Assembly: GCF_044704955.1 (NCBI RefSeq)
Contig: NC_091979.1
Span: forward strand, 25,606,001 to 25,670,000
Length of the DNA stretch: 64,000 nucleotides
DNA from: Pristiophorus japonicus
Lineage: Eukaryota
Direction of reading: 5' to 3'
How positions within the stretch are numbered: the first letter of the stretch is position 1; each line of letters begins with the position of its first letter. Below the pieces are notes generated by a model, which did no database searches, was not told the DNA's origin, and worked only from the letters and a program-made list of their open reading frames with translations. Both the position numbers and the translations under genes were made by a program. This document shows, one piece after another, positions 27,218 through 39,005 of this stretch.

Positions 27218-28700
27218 GTGGGTGGTACGTGGCACGTGTGTTGATGCGAGCATGCCCTCCCACTCTGTGGCATGGTACTGCTGTACAATGGGCAAGGACT
27301 AGCTTGCAACAAAAAACTTGCCTTACAATGGCTGTGGACTGCTAACAGGCATGGGAGGGGATTTGCGGCTTTGATGTTTTGGGGGTGATAATGGCGACGG
27401 GACGGTAAAGTTTGCGCCCGGGAACAGTAAGTAAGTTTGGGCAGCTGGGCCCTGAGTCAGGGGGCGCAGAGCTCAGGGAGGCGTTCTACACCGCTCTTGG
27501 GCGCTAGGATGGGAAACTCCCGAGCTAAAGAGCCGGCCTGGGAGTGCGTGGTGTGGGAGGGGGTAACCCCAAAACAAACCCCACAAAAACATTGCCGAGG
27601 TCACCACAACACAAGTCGCAAAAAGAAAAATTAAAAGAAAAGGCAACACTTATCTTAGGAGTTCGTTACTTACCTCTCTGCTGTCGGCATCGTTGGACTG
27701 CCCCAATTTCCCAGGCGGTCAGTCAATGCAAGGTGCGCTTAGGGCGGACAGATCGGGCTCAAGTTCAAACATAGAAACATAGAAAATAGATGCAGGAGTA
27801 GGCCATTCGGCCCTTCGAGCCTGCACCACCATTCTTGGCTGATCATGCAACTTCAGTACCTCTTTCCTGCTTTCTCTCCATACCCCTCGATCCTTTTAGC
27901 CGTAAGGGCCACATCTAACTCCCTTTTGAATATATCTAACGAACTGGCATCAACAACTTTCTGTAGTAGAGAATTCCACTTGCTCGCAACTCACCGAGTG
28001 AAGAAGTTTCTCCTCATCTCGGTCCTAAATGGCTTACCCCTTATCCTTAGACTGTGACCCCTGGTTCTGGACGTCCCCAACATCGGGAACATTCTTCCTG
28101 CATCCAACCTGTCCAATCCTGTCAGAATTTTATATGTTTCTAATTTTAAGGTTATGCCTTTTTGAAACATAGAAATTTACAACGCAGAAGGAGGCCATTT
28201 CGGCACATCGTGTCCCGTGCCGGCCGACAAAGAGCCACACGGCCCTCCGCCAACAGCCCTGAAGGTTACATGTAAACCTTTGAACAATGGTGGAAAGGTA
28301 AAGAGCAACCAGTCCGCCCCACACAACTGCACCGAAACATTCTGCACTCCACCCCAACCGGAGCCATGTGATCTCCTGGGAGAGGCCAAAAAAAACCAGA
28401 TAAAAACTCAGGCCAATTTAGGAGGAAATAAATCTGGGAAAATTCCCGTCTGACCCATCTGGACTCTGTCACAAGAGAAAATAGTTTCTCTCTATCTACC
28501 CTATCTACTCCTTTATTCACCTTAAACTCCACAATTACATCACCCCATACCTTCTATATCCAAGGGACTACAAGCCTACTCTATGAAACCCGTCCTCATA
28601 ATTTAACCCTTTTAGCCCCGGTGTCATTTTGGTGAATCTGTACTCCAAGCAATGCTCCCTCTAAGCTGCGGGTGTGCCCAGCCGCACACTAATCTGCAAG

Positions 28701-28743
<43 letters not shown>

Positions 28744-29385
28744 TCATCATCATCAACATAGGCAGTCCCTCGAAATCGAGGAAGACTTGCTTCCACTCAG
28801 AGTTCTCAGGTGGCTGTACAGTCCAATACGGGAATTACAGTCTCTGTCACAGGTGGGACAGACAGTGGTTGAAGGAAAGGGTGGGTGGGGAGTCTGGTTT
28901 GCCGCACGCTCCTTCCGCTGCCCACGCTTGCTTTCTGCATGCTCTCGGCGAGGAGACTCGAGGTGCTCAGCGCCCTCCCGGATGCTCTTCCTCCACTTAG
29001 GGCGGTCTTTGGCCAGGGACGCCCAGGTGTCAATGGGGATGTTGCACTTTATCAGGGAGGATTTGAGGATGTCTTTGAAACGTTTCCTCTATCCACCTGG
29101 GGCTCGCTTGCCGTGTAGGAGTTCCGAGTAGAGCGCTTGCTTTGGGAGTCTCGCATCGGGCATGCGAACAATGTGGCCCGCCCAGCGGAGCTGATCGAGT
29201 GTAGTCAGTGTTTCGATGCTGGGGATATTGCCCTGATCGAGCACATGGACGTTGTTGCGTCTGTCCTCCCAGGGGATTTGCAGGATCTTGCGGAGACATC
29301 GTTGGTGGTATTTCTCCAGCGATTTGAGGTGTCTGCTGTATATATGGTCTACATCAGCCATACAGGAGGGCTGGTATCACTATAT
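28701..29385 (-). mobile_element. RTE-clade LINE 3' fragment with tail expanded into a (GTC)n/(ATC)n microsatellite
   Basis: RTE C-terminal translation; about 13 GTC units at 28701-28740. Confidence 0.88.
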
Positions 29386-30305
29386 CTCACGCTCTGCAAG
29401 GTACTGCGCAGGCCGCTCACAAACTTCTCCAATGACGGAGAAATGTAACGGGATCACGCGTTGAGCTAAACAAGTCGCGCACAGCAAAGACAATTTAGAG
29501 CTTTTGGGACTTTGGGACAATATATCCTTCCTGAGGTGCAATGCCCAGAACTGAATTCAGTACTCCGATAAAGAAAGAAAGACTTGCATTTATATCGTAC
29601 CTTTCATGATCACTGGACGTCTCAAAACGTTTTTACAGCCGATGAAGTACTTTTTGGAGTGTCGTCACTGTTGTAATGTAGGAAACGCAGAAGCCAATTT
29701 GCATTTGAAGGCTGTTCAGAGAAGGTTCACGAGATTGATTACGGAGATGAGGGGGTTGACTTATGAAGATACGTTGAGTAGGTTGGAGTATACACATTGG
29801 AGTTCAGAAGAATGAGAGGTGAACTTATCAAAACATATAAGATAATGAGGGGGCTCGGATGCAGAGAGGATATTTCAACTCATAGGGGAAACTAAAACTA
29901 AGGGGGCATAGTCTCAGAATAAGGGGCCACCCATTTAAAACTGAGATGAGGAGGAATTTCTTCTGAGGGTTGTAAATCTGTGAAATTCTCTGCCCCAGAG
30001 AGCTATGGAGGCTGGGTCACTGAATATATTTAAGATGGAAATAGACAGATTTTGAGCGATAAGGGAGTAAAGGGTTATGGGGAGCGGGCGGGGAAGTGGA
30101 GCTGAGTCGATGTTCAGATCAGGTGTGATCTCATTGAATGGCGGAGCAGGCTCGAGGGGCCGAATGGCCTACTCTTGCTCCTGTTTCTTATGTTCTTATT
30201 AGACTGGGTGGCTCATGTGGTGAGAAAGGCAGGACAGGGCCCGTGCTTCCCGGAGCCCGGCGAGCTGTTTGTGTGCTGCTATAACGTTTTTATGATTCTA
30301 TGCAG

Positions 30306-30463
30306 GGCGGAAGGAAGTAGCAAAGTCCAATCTCGCCTTGATCTACAGACCAATCGCCTGGGGCAGCAAATGCGTCTCATCGCCAAGCCCTCCTTTGCAC
30401 CAAAGAGTTCTCCTCCAAAGGAAAAACTGTCACCGGCTTCTCAAATGGACGACATTGAGCGAG
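30306..30463 (+). CDS. EAF2: EAF2 exon 4
   Basis: Acceptor tgcag; AEGSSKVQSRLDLQ...KEKLSPASQMDDIER; donor GTATGT; 158 nt, phases fit both neighbours. Confidence 0.95.
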
Positions 30464-33016
30464 GTATGTGGTGTGATCTAAAACATTAAAAACTTAAGAA
30501 TTGGGAGCAGGAGTAGGCCACTCGAGCCTGCTCCGCCATTCAATGAGATCAGGGCTGATCTTTAACCTCAACGGGAGCACGGTAGCATAGTGATTACATT
30601 ACTGGATTAGTAATCCAGAGGCCTGGACAAATGGTCCTGGGGATGAGTTTAAATCCCACCACGGCAACGGGGGGGGGGGGGGGTAAACTTAAATTCAAAT
30701 AGTTAAATAAATTCAGGAAGGCGGCTGGACACCGATTTTCTCAAAGGCAATTGGGGATGGGCAATAAACGTTGGCCTTGCCAGCCACGTCCACAACTCAT
30801 GAATGAATAAAACAAAAATCCAATTTTCCACCCGATCCCCATATCCCTTGGTGCCAAGAAGCTAGCGATCTCTTCCTTGAATATACTCAAAGACTGAGCC
30901 TCCACAGCCCTCTATGGTAGAGAATTCGTAAGATTCACAACTCTGAGTGAAGAAATCTCTCCTCGTCTCAGTCCTAAATGGCCGACTCCTTACCCTGAGA
31001 CACTCAGCATCTAACTACCCTGTCAAGCCGCCTTAAGATTTTTTTATATTTCAATAAGATGACCTCTCATTCTTCGATACTCCACACAATAAAGGCCCAG
31101 TGTACTCAATCTCTCCTCATTGGATAATCCTCTCAACCTAGGAATCAATCTGTTTTCTCTCCTCTCCAACGCACACCAACACGCGCACACCTTCTCCCTC
31201 AACAGATCCTCCTATTCTTTTCTCCCTTGTCTGCTTATCTAGCTTCCCCGATATAATTACATAATTACCATATGTAATTAGCATAATTACCATACGTAAT
31301 TAGCAAAGCCCTATTCGGGCAATTCTTGACATCATCTGGCCTAGGTCTGGCTTTGTTTATTGTGCAACTAACAGACATTGATCGGATCATTGAATCTTGT
31401 CGATCAGAGGGAGGTGCAACATGCGGCCTTTCTGCAGCTTGACGGCACGGCCATCCAGAGGGAGGTGGCGCTGCCGGTGACTCCATGTTAGTTATTTTTG
31501 TCGGCCGACTGCCAGGTCAGGCCGACAATTATGGCCGCAGGTTCGGCTGGGCCGCCAACAGGCAGCCTGGCACCCCCTCTTGGATGGTCCAGCCAAAACT
31601 ATCCCTGGTGGCCCAATGTTTGCCACTAAAGTGGTTGCAATGTTCGCAGAGGCTCTCCCCTTTAACTGAAGGGGAGGGACATTGTGACACGCAGCGCGAT
31701 TACGTCATCAGCGCGGCACTGATGACTCTGAGCATAGGCCACTTTGACCCGCCCCCACTCCCGCCCCGATGACAAGGCCGCTTCAGCCCCGCTTCAAAAA
31801 AAAAAGGCATAAAGTGCTGATTTCTCCCGATTTGGCCGCCCATGCTTCGGGGCGGATGGAACACATCGAAAACGGTAGATGCGACATGTTTCAGGCGGTG
31901 GCAATTTCGGCCCCATGGTATTTTACTACGTTAATGTCAGAAGATAACTAGTGTGTTGTCCTTTTTACATCTCAGACCTTGGTTCAAATCCAGCCCAGTA
32001 ATGTAAAAGAAAGAATGATTTGCATTTATATAGCGCCTTTCATGACCACCGGATGTCCCAAAGCGCTTTACAGCCAATGAGGTACTTTTTGAAGTGTGTA
32101 GTCACTGTTGTAACATGAGTAATGGCGGGGGGGGGGGGGAGGGGTGGGGGGGGGAGGTTTAGAGAAGATATGAGGGAAAATTTCTTCACCCAGAGGGTGG
32201 TGAGGGTCTGGAACTCACTGCCTGAAAGGGTGGTAGAGGCAGAAATTATCACCCCATTTAAAAAATACTTGGATGTGCACCTGAAGTGCCGTAACCTACA
32301 GGGCTACGGACCAAGAGCTGGAAAGTGGGATTAGGCCGGATAGCTCTTGGTCGGCCGGCGCGGACACGATGGGCCAAAATGGCCTCCTTTCTTGTTGTAA
32401 ATTTCTATGATGATCTGATTGCGATTGATTACAAGTGCAGGATATGGGCAACCAGTTTGTCGGAAAGCCTGTTTCTCCTGTTATGCGAACCCTTTTGCTT
32501 CTATGTGTGTCATTGTTCGGGGGCATACCTGATCAAAAGAACCTGGCAGAACTCCAGTAATTGAGCAGTGCTACAAGGGTAGGCAATTGAGATTAAAGAT
32601 CTGCTGTGAACCTCAACCACCTGCTGCAATATGAAACCTTTCAAAAGGGAATTGGATAAGTACCTGAAGGAAAAGACATTTGCAGGGCCACGGGGAAAGG
32701 GCGGGGGGAGTAGGACTGGCTGAGGTGCTCTTGCAGAGAGCCAGCACGGGCTCGACGGGCCGAATGGCCTCCTTCTGTGCTTTAAACGTTCTATAATTAA
32801 CCATTGAAGTAGATTGAACACTTGAAGTGGAGTGAGTAAAGCCAATTTAAGCAATTTGAATCCGTCCTTTCCATATAAAATTTGAACTATCTTTTGGACT
32901 CTTACTTAATCAACATTAATATTCATTCTCTTCCACCAATCACTCCTATTTTCCCTCCTCCTCAACTGAAGGTGCTGTGAAAGAAAAAAAAGAAAGACTG
33001 GCATTTATATAGCCCA

Positions 33017-33797
33017 ACTCTGCTTCCTGTCTGCCAACCAGTTCTCTATCCACATCAGTATATTGCCCTCAATACCATGTGCTTTGATTTTGCATATCCA
33101 TCTTTTGTGCGGTACCTTGTCAAAAGCCTTCTGAAAGTCCAAATACACCACATCCACTGGTTCTCCCTTGTCCACTCTACTAGTTACATCCTCAAAAAAT
33201 TCCAGAAGATTCGTCAAGCATGATTTCCCTTTCATAAGTCCATGCTGACTTGATCCGATCCTGTCACCACTTTCCAAATGCGCTGCTATTTCATCCTTCA
33301 TGATCGATTCCAACATTTTCCCCACTACTGATGTCAAGTTAACTAGTCTATAATTACCCGTTTTCTCTCTCCCTCCTTTTGTAAAAAGTGGTGTTACATT
33401 AGCTACCCTCCAGTCCATGGGAACTGATCCAGAGTCGATAGACTGTTGGAAAATGATCACCAATGCATCCACTATTTCTATGGCCACTTCCTTGAGCACT
33501 CTTGGATGCAGACAATCAGGCCCCGGGGATGTATCAGCCTTCAATCCCATCAATATCCCTAACACAATTTCCCGCCTAATAAGGATATCCTTCAGTTCCT
33601 CCTTCTCGCAAGACTCTCGGTCCCCTAGTACCTTCGGAAGGTTATTTGTATCTTCCTTCGTGAAGACAGAACCAAAGTATTGGTTCAGTTGGTCTGCCAT
33701 TTCTTTGTTCCCCATTATAATTTCACCTGAATCCGACTGCAAGGGACCTACATTTGTCTTTACTAATCTTTTTCTCTTCACATATTTATCGAAGCTT
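33017..33797 (-). mobile_element. CR1 ORF2 internal fragment
   Basis: Translation aligns to the CR1 ORF2 linker and RT N-terminus (SPGPD, LDFQKAFDKV). Confidence 0.9.
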
Positions 33798-35204
33798 GTG
33801 TGCAACGGCCACCCCACGTTAAAAAAATCCATGCAGACATCTTCAGGATGTAGTTCAGGACCTGGAATATTCGGTCCTTTATTGAAACACCTGTGAACTC
33901 ATCCTTTTTTGGCGAGGAAGCAAGTCATCCTCGTTTCCTCGACTCCATCCCACAGCATGCTACCCGCCACCACCTCAGCAAAATCACAGCCCTGCACGAG
34001 GTAGAAAAGGCCATCCGTCAGCTGAAGAACAAGACATCAGGAGCAGATGGAAATCCCGCCGAGGCACTAAACTATGGCGGTGAAGCACTACTGGCTCGAA
34101 TGCATGAACTCACCTCTCTCATCTGGAAGGAGAGCATGCCAGGAGATCTCAGAGACGCTGTAATCATGATGCTTTTCAAGAAAGGGGACAAGTCCAACTG
34201 CGGTAACTACAGAGGAATCTCCCTGGTGTCAGCCACAGGGAAAGTCATCGCAGGAATCCTCCTCAGTCGTCTTCTCCCTGTGGCTGAAGAGCTCCTTCCA
34301 GAGTCGCAACACAGATTCTGTCCACTAAGGGGTACAACGGATATGGTCTTCACTCCACGACAACTACAAGAGACATTCATTCATTCATATATAGGCAGTC
34401 ACTCGAAATCGAGGAAGACTTGTTTCCATTCTAAAAGTGAGTTCTCAGGTGACTGTACAGTCCAATACGGGAATTACAGTCCCTGTCACAGGTGGGACAG
34501 ACAGTGGTTGAAGGAAAGGGTGGGTGGGGAGTCTGGTTTGCCGCTCGCTCCTTCCACTGCCTGCACTTGTTTTCTGCATGCTCTCGGCGATAAGACTCGA
34601 GGTGCTCGAGGTTACACAGCCAGATAGGGGATGTGTGACCAACAGGAAGAGCAGTGGGAGCAGCGGTCATCCCCCTGCAAAACCGATACACCGCTTTGGG
34701 TACTGTTGGGGGAGAAGACTCATCAGGGGAGGGCAGCAGCAGCCGCCAAGTCCATGGCAACGTGGGTTGCTCTGCTGCACAGGAGGGCAGGAAAAAGAGT
34801 GGGAGAGCTATAGTGATGGGGGATTCTATTGTAAGGGGAATAGATAGGCGTTTCTGCGGCCGTAACTGAGACTCCAGGATGGTATGTTGCCTCCCTGATG
34901 CAAGGGTCAAGGATGTCTCGGAGCGGGTGCAGGACATTTTGAAGAACGAGGGTTAACAGCCAGTTGTCATGGTGCATATAGGTACCAACAAAGTAGGACC
35001 TCATCCCGTTTTTTTACCGATAATACGAATTTAGGGAGCTAGGAGCTAAATTTAAAAGTAGTAATCTCAGGATTGCTACCAGTGCCACGTGCTAGTCAGA
35101 GTAGGAATCGCAGGATAGCTCAGATGAATACGTGGCTTGAGGAATGGTGCAGAAGGGAGGAATTGAAATTCCTGGGACATTGGAACCGGTTCTGGGGGAG
35201 GTGG

Positions 35205-35930
35205 GGATGGGGAGGGAGGGAGAGAGAGAGAGAGAGAGAAGCGGGGGGGGGGGGAGGTGGGGAGGCAGGGAGGCAGGGAGAGAGAGAGAAGCGGGGGGGG
35301 TGGTGGGGGGAGAGAAGCGGGGTGGGGGCAGGGAGGGAGAGAGAGGAGGGTGAAGTGGGGGGGGCGGGAAGGGAGAGAAGCGGGGGTGGGGGGGAGAGAG
35401 AAGCGGGGGGGCGGGGAGGGAGAGAGAAGCGGGGCGGAGGGGGGAGAGAGAGAGAGAGAGAGAGAAGTGGGAAGTGGGAAGTGGAAGTGGCGGGGAGGGA
35501 GAGCGAGCATGGGAGAGAGAGACACCTTGGGGGGGGCGGCGGGGGGAAGAGAGAGATCTTTTTGGGGGGGGGGTGGGGAGAGAGGTCTTGAGCTGGGGGG
35601 AGGAGGGGGAGAGCAAGCGAGCGAGAGAGCTGGGGGTGGGGGGAGGAGAGAGAAAGACACCATGGGGGGGGGGAAAGAGAGTGAGACCTCGTGGGGAGAG
35701 AGAGGGCGGGGGGGGGGGGGGAAGAGAGAGCTGGGGGGGGGCAGTGGGGAAGAGAGAGAGAGACCATGGAGGGGGGAGAGAGAGCTTGGGGGGTGGGGGG
35801 TGGTGGAGAGAGAGCTTGGGAGAGTGGGGGGGGAGAGAGAGAGAGAGAGAGAGAGGGCTGGGGAGTGGGGGAGAGAGAGAGAGAGAGAGAGAGAGAGCCT
35901 GGGAAGGGGGGGTAAGCTGGGGTAAGGGAT
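35205..35930 (+). repeat. Polypurine G/GA-rich tract
   Basis: G runs and (GA)n with AGAAGCGGGG and AGAGCTTGGGG subunits. Confidence 0.9.
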
Positions 35931-36526
35931 GGCTTTGGGAGGGATGGCCTTCCTCTCGAGGGGCCAAATGACCTACAGTTGCTCCTACTTCTTACATGAT
36001 CAGGTTACTTCAGAAATATTTTTCAGGTCGGAGGCATCGGCCCGCAATTTTTGGGCCAATGGGTTTGCATCCAGCAACAGCAGACAAAGTGCTCTGTGAC
36101 TGATTGGTGGGTTCAGATGAAAGGTCGTGGACTAGAAACGTTAACTCTGTGTTTCCCTCTCCAGTGCTGCAGAGTGCTATTTGTCATTCAAGCTCACACA
36201 CGCACACACACACTTCTATCTTGTGTGTTCAATACTGAACAGGGGCCAGTGGATTTAGGAGACTGGGTGAATCTATATGATAATGAATCGAGTTACATGT
36301 CACATCAGTGTTGAAAGCACTCCTGGGTCAAAAAAAAACTGCAATGCCATAAAACAAAAGTTGTTGCAATGGGTTCCTTCCTTGCTGGAGTTTGTTGACC
36401 AGGAAATTGGCAAAGTACTGGCTCGACTCCAGCGTTGTTTTTTTTTTAAGCCAGTTGGGTATGCGGGTATGCAGACATGCCACGGCTGCCAGAGCCTTCA
36501 GTAGGTTGACAGTGTGAAGAACAGCG

Positions 36527-36769
36527 ATGTCCCTCTCGCTGCACTTCTCCTCCGCTGGGAACCGGCTTCTGCCCGCAATCCGTGCCCTCTCCCCGTTGGC
36601 GCGGCGCAAGTCGAGCGCAAGATCGGCGGCGGCGGCGGATCTCGATAGCCGGACCCAGCGGCCGACCGGAGACTTGAAAAGCATCGGTGACCTGCCCGGC
36701 CAAGGTCTGATCGCTGGCATCTACTGGCTCTTCCTGAAGGGTTACCATGAAAAGACCCACGAACTTCAG
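36527..36769 (+). pseudogene. Orphan duplicate of CYP27A-type exon 1 within EAF2 intron 4 (open frame, donor intact)
   Basis: Differs from 57850-58095 by 2 substitutions and one 3-nt indel. No exon 2 was found before EAF2 exon 5. Confidence 0.8.
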
Positions 36770-38460
36770 GTAAAAAAAAAACTATTAACCTTGTTGTGTT
36801 CCTAACACAGATGAGACTGCACACAGGGAGGTTAAAGTAACAGTGACCTCAGTCTTTATTAAGACACTCCAGAGTGAGGAACAGGCCTTAGGGGGCCGTC
36901 TTATATACAGTGCTCCCAAGGGATGCTTGGGACTTCAGGGGATGCGCTCCCTGATGGCGGAACATGGGAGTGTATGCTTTACGGATACACAACATCACTC
37001 CCCCCCCGCCCCCCCACCCCAAAGTCAAAGTGAAAACTATTTACAAGGTGAGGTGGTTGGGAGCCTTTCTGTCCCTGGTGGACCGCCTTGGTACAAATGT
37101 CTGTTCTGGTGTGTTAGCTGTGCCCTCGCTGGGCTGGCATGTTGTTGGCCCTGCAGGGCTGCTGGGTGAGCCTGGCTTTGCTGGGTTGTTCAGTGTGATG
37201 GGTTCGATTTCCTGGTCCGGCGTGGTGTCGTTGATCCTTTTGGTGTGTGTTGTGGGCTCTCAAAAGGTGGTGTCTGCTTTGGGTTGTTCAGGGCAGTCTG
37301 AACCGCAGCCTCGTTTGGTCCAACTGCTTTCTGCAAATTTGTCCATTGTCTAGTTTGACTACAAACTCCCTACTCCCTTCTTTAGCTATCACCGTGCCCG
37401 CGATCCACTTGGGACCGTGTCCATAGTTTAGCACATACACAGGGTCATTCAGGTCAATTTCCCGTGACACAGTGGCGTGACCATCGTTTAGATTTTGTTG
37501 CTGCCGCCTGCTCTCTACCTGATCATGCAGGTTGGGGTGAACCAGCGAGAGTCTGGTTTTAAGTGTCCTTTTCTTGAGTAGCTCAGCCGGGGGCACCCCT
37601 ATGAGCAAGTGGGGTCTAGTGCGGTAGCTGAGCAGTACTCGGGACAGGCCGGTTTGGAGTGAGCCTTCTGTGACACGTTTGAGGCTCTGTTTGATTGTTT
37701 GTACTGCCCGCTCTGCCTGCCCATTGGTGGCTGGTTTAAACGGGGCCGAGGAGACATTGCGGGTCATGAATTCTTTAAACTCGGCACTGGTGAAACATGG
37801 CCCATTGTCATGGACCAATATGTCAGGCAGGCCGTGGGTGGCAAACATGGCCCTCAGGCTTTCAATGGTGACGATGGCGGTGCTTCCCGACATTATTTCA
37901 CATTCAATCCATTTTGAAAAAGCATCCACCACCACCAGGAACATTTTACCGAGAAATGGGCCCGCATAGTCGACATGGATCCTCGACTATGGTCTGGAGG
38001 GCCAGGACCACAAACTTAGTGGTGCCTCTCTGGGTGCGCTGCTCAACTGAGTACACACGTGCATTGCCGTACACAGGACTCTAAGTCAGAGTCGATACCG
38101 GGCCAACACACATGGGATCTGGCTATCGCTTTCGTCATTACTATATCTGGGTGTGTGCTATGGAGATCTGAGATGTCCTTGTTGGTTAGCACTACGTGGT
38201 TACCCCACAACAGGCAGTCTGCCTGAATGGACAGCTCGTCCTTTCGCCACTGGAACAGCTTGATTAGCTCTTGCATTTCAACGGGGATGCTGGCCCAGTT
38301 CCCATTCAGTACACAGTTTTTTTACTAGGGACAGCAGAGGATCTTGGATTTTCAAACACTTCCATGACCATCAACAAGTCTGCGGGCTGCGCCATCATCA
38401 ACAAGTTTGCAGGCTGCGCTGTTTCCACCCCCGTGGTGGGCAATGGTAGCCGACTGAGAG

Positions 38461-39005
38461 TGTTGATACGGATTCTTTTCCCTCCATCTGTCTCAGCGAA
38501 AACACTGACACGAACACCAAGTTACTCTGAGTTATACTTTATTAATGCGACATCAATGCTGGCTTGTCTTAGCAAAGGAACACCGACTCTCTGGGAGTTC
38601 GTTGACTTTACAAAGACAAGCAAGGTTTTAGTGCATACACACGGTAGTTATACATTTTCCAAGCGGCTCATGCATAAAGGATTCATCCAATCATTTTCCT
38701 CCGTACTTCATTCTGGGCCAATAGGGCTTTTCTGCTGCGCATGGTCAGCAGACACAGCCCGCCTCACTTTAGTTCCCTCCGCCTCTGCACTCGAGACTAT
38801 GTTCACAATATATCGGTACTGCATCATCTGGTTCTGCTACACCGTCCTTATCCTGTTATCTGCACCACATTTTTAGCTGATTCACGCTGACTTAGCACCC
38901 CAACTGGTGACCAAAGTCTGTGGACACATGGCATTTTATTATGTTCAATCCCTTATACATATTTCACATTCTTTCAACATTCCTCTATACTTTCTCACAT
39001 TCTCA
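38461..39005 (-). mobile_element. Solo LTR (545 bp) inserted in pol of element A
   Basis: TG...CA termini; 4-bp TSD AGAG (38457-38460, 39006-39009). Removing it restores ENCADALSRLPLP. Minus-strand AATAAA near 38540. Confidence 0.85.

Noticed and set aside
31460-31915. Second Harbinger-like MITE ending in AATTTCGGCCCC
   Set aside because: Only one TIR-like end was found and no TSD, so it cannot be delimited.
33930-34610. Twin-primed 5'-inverted RTE
   Set aside because: The 3' tail faces inward toward the RT piece, which fits two independent insertions better.
35073-35971. Long Pro/Leu/Ser- and Gly/Glu/Arg-rich ORFs (also 56054-57282 and 59663-60682)
   Set aside because: Translations of low-complexity repeats, open in most frames because stop codons are absent.
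36328-36720. Minus-strand 130-aa ORF with faint resemblance to Mab21/cGAS-like helices
   Set aside because: Antisense shadow of the CYP27A exon and promoter; the paralog is frameshifted at an A run near 57765.
38271-38876. 201-aa plus-strand ORF
   Set aside because: Runs across the pol/solo-LTR junction on the antisense strand; a chance ORF.
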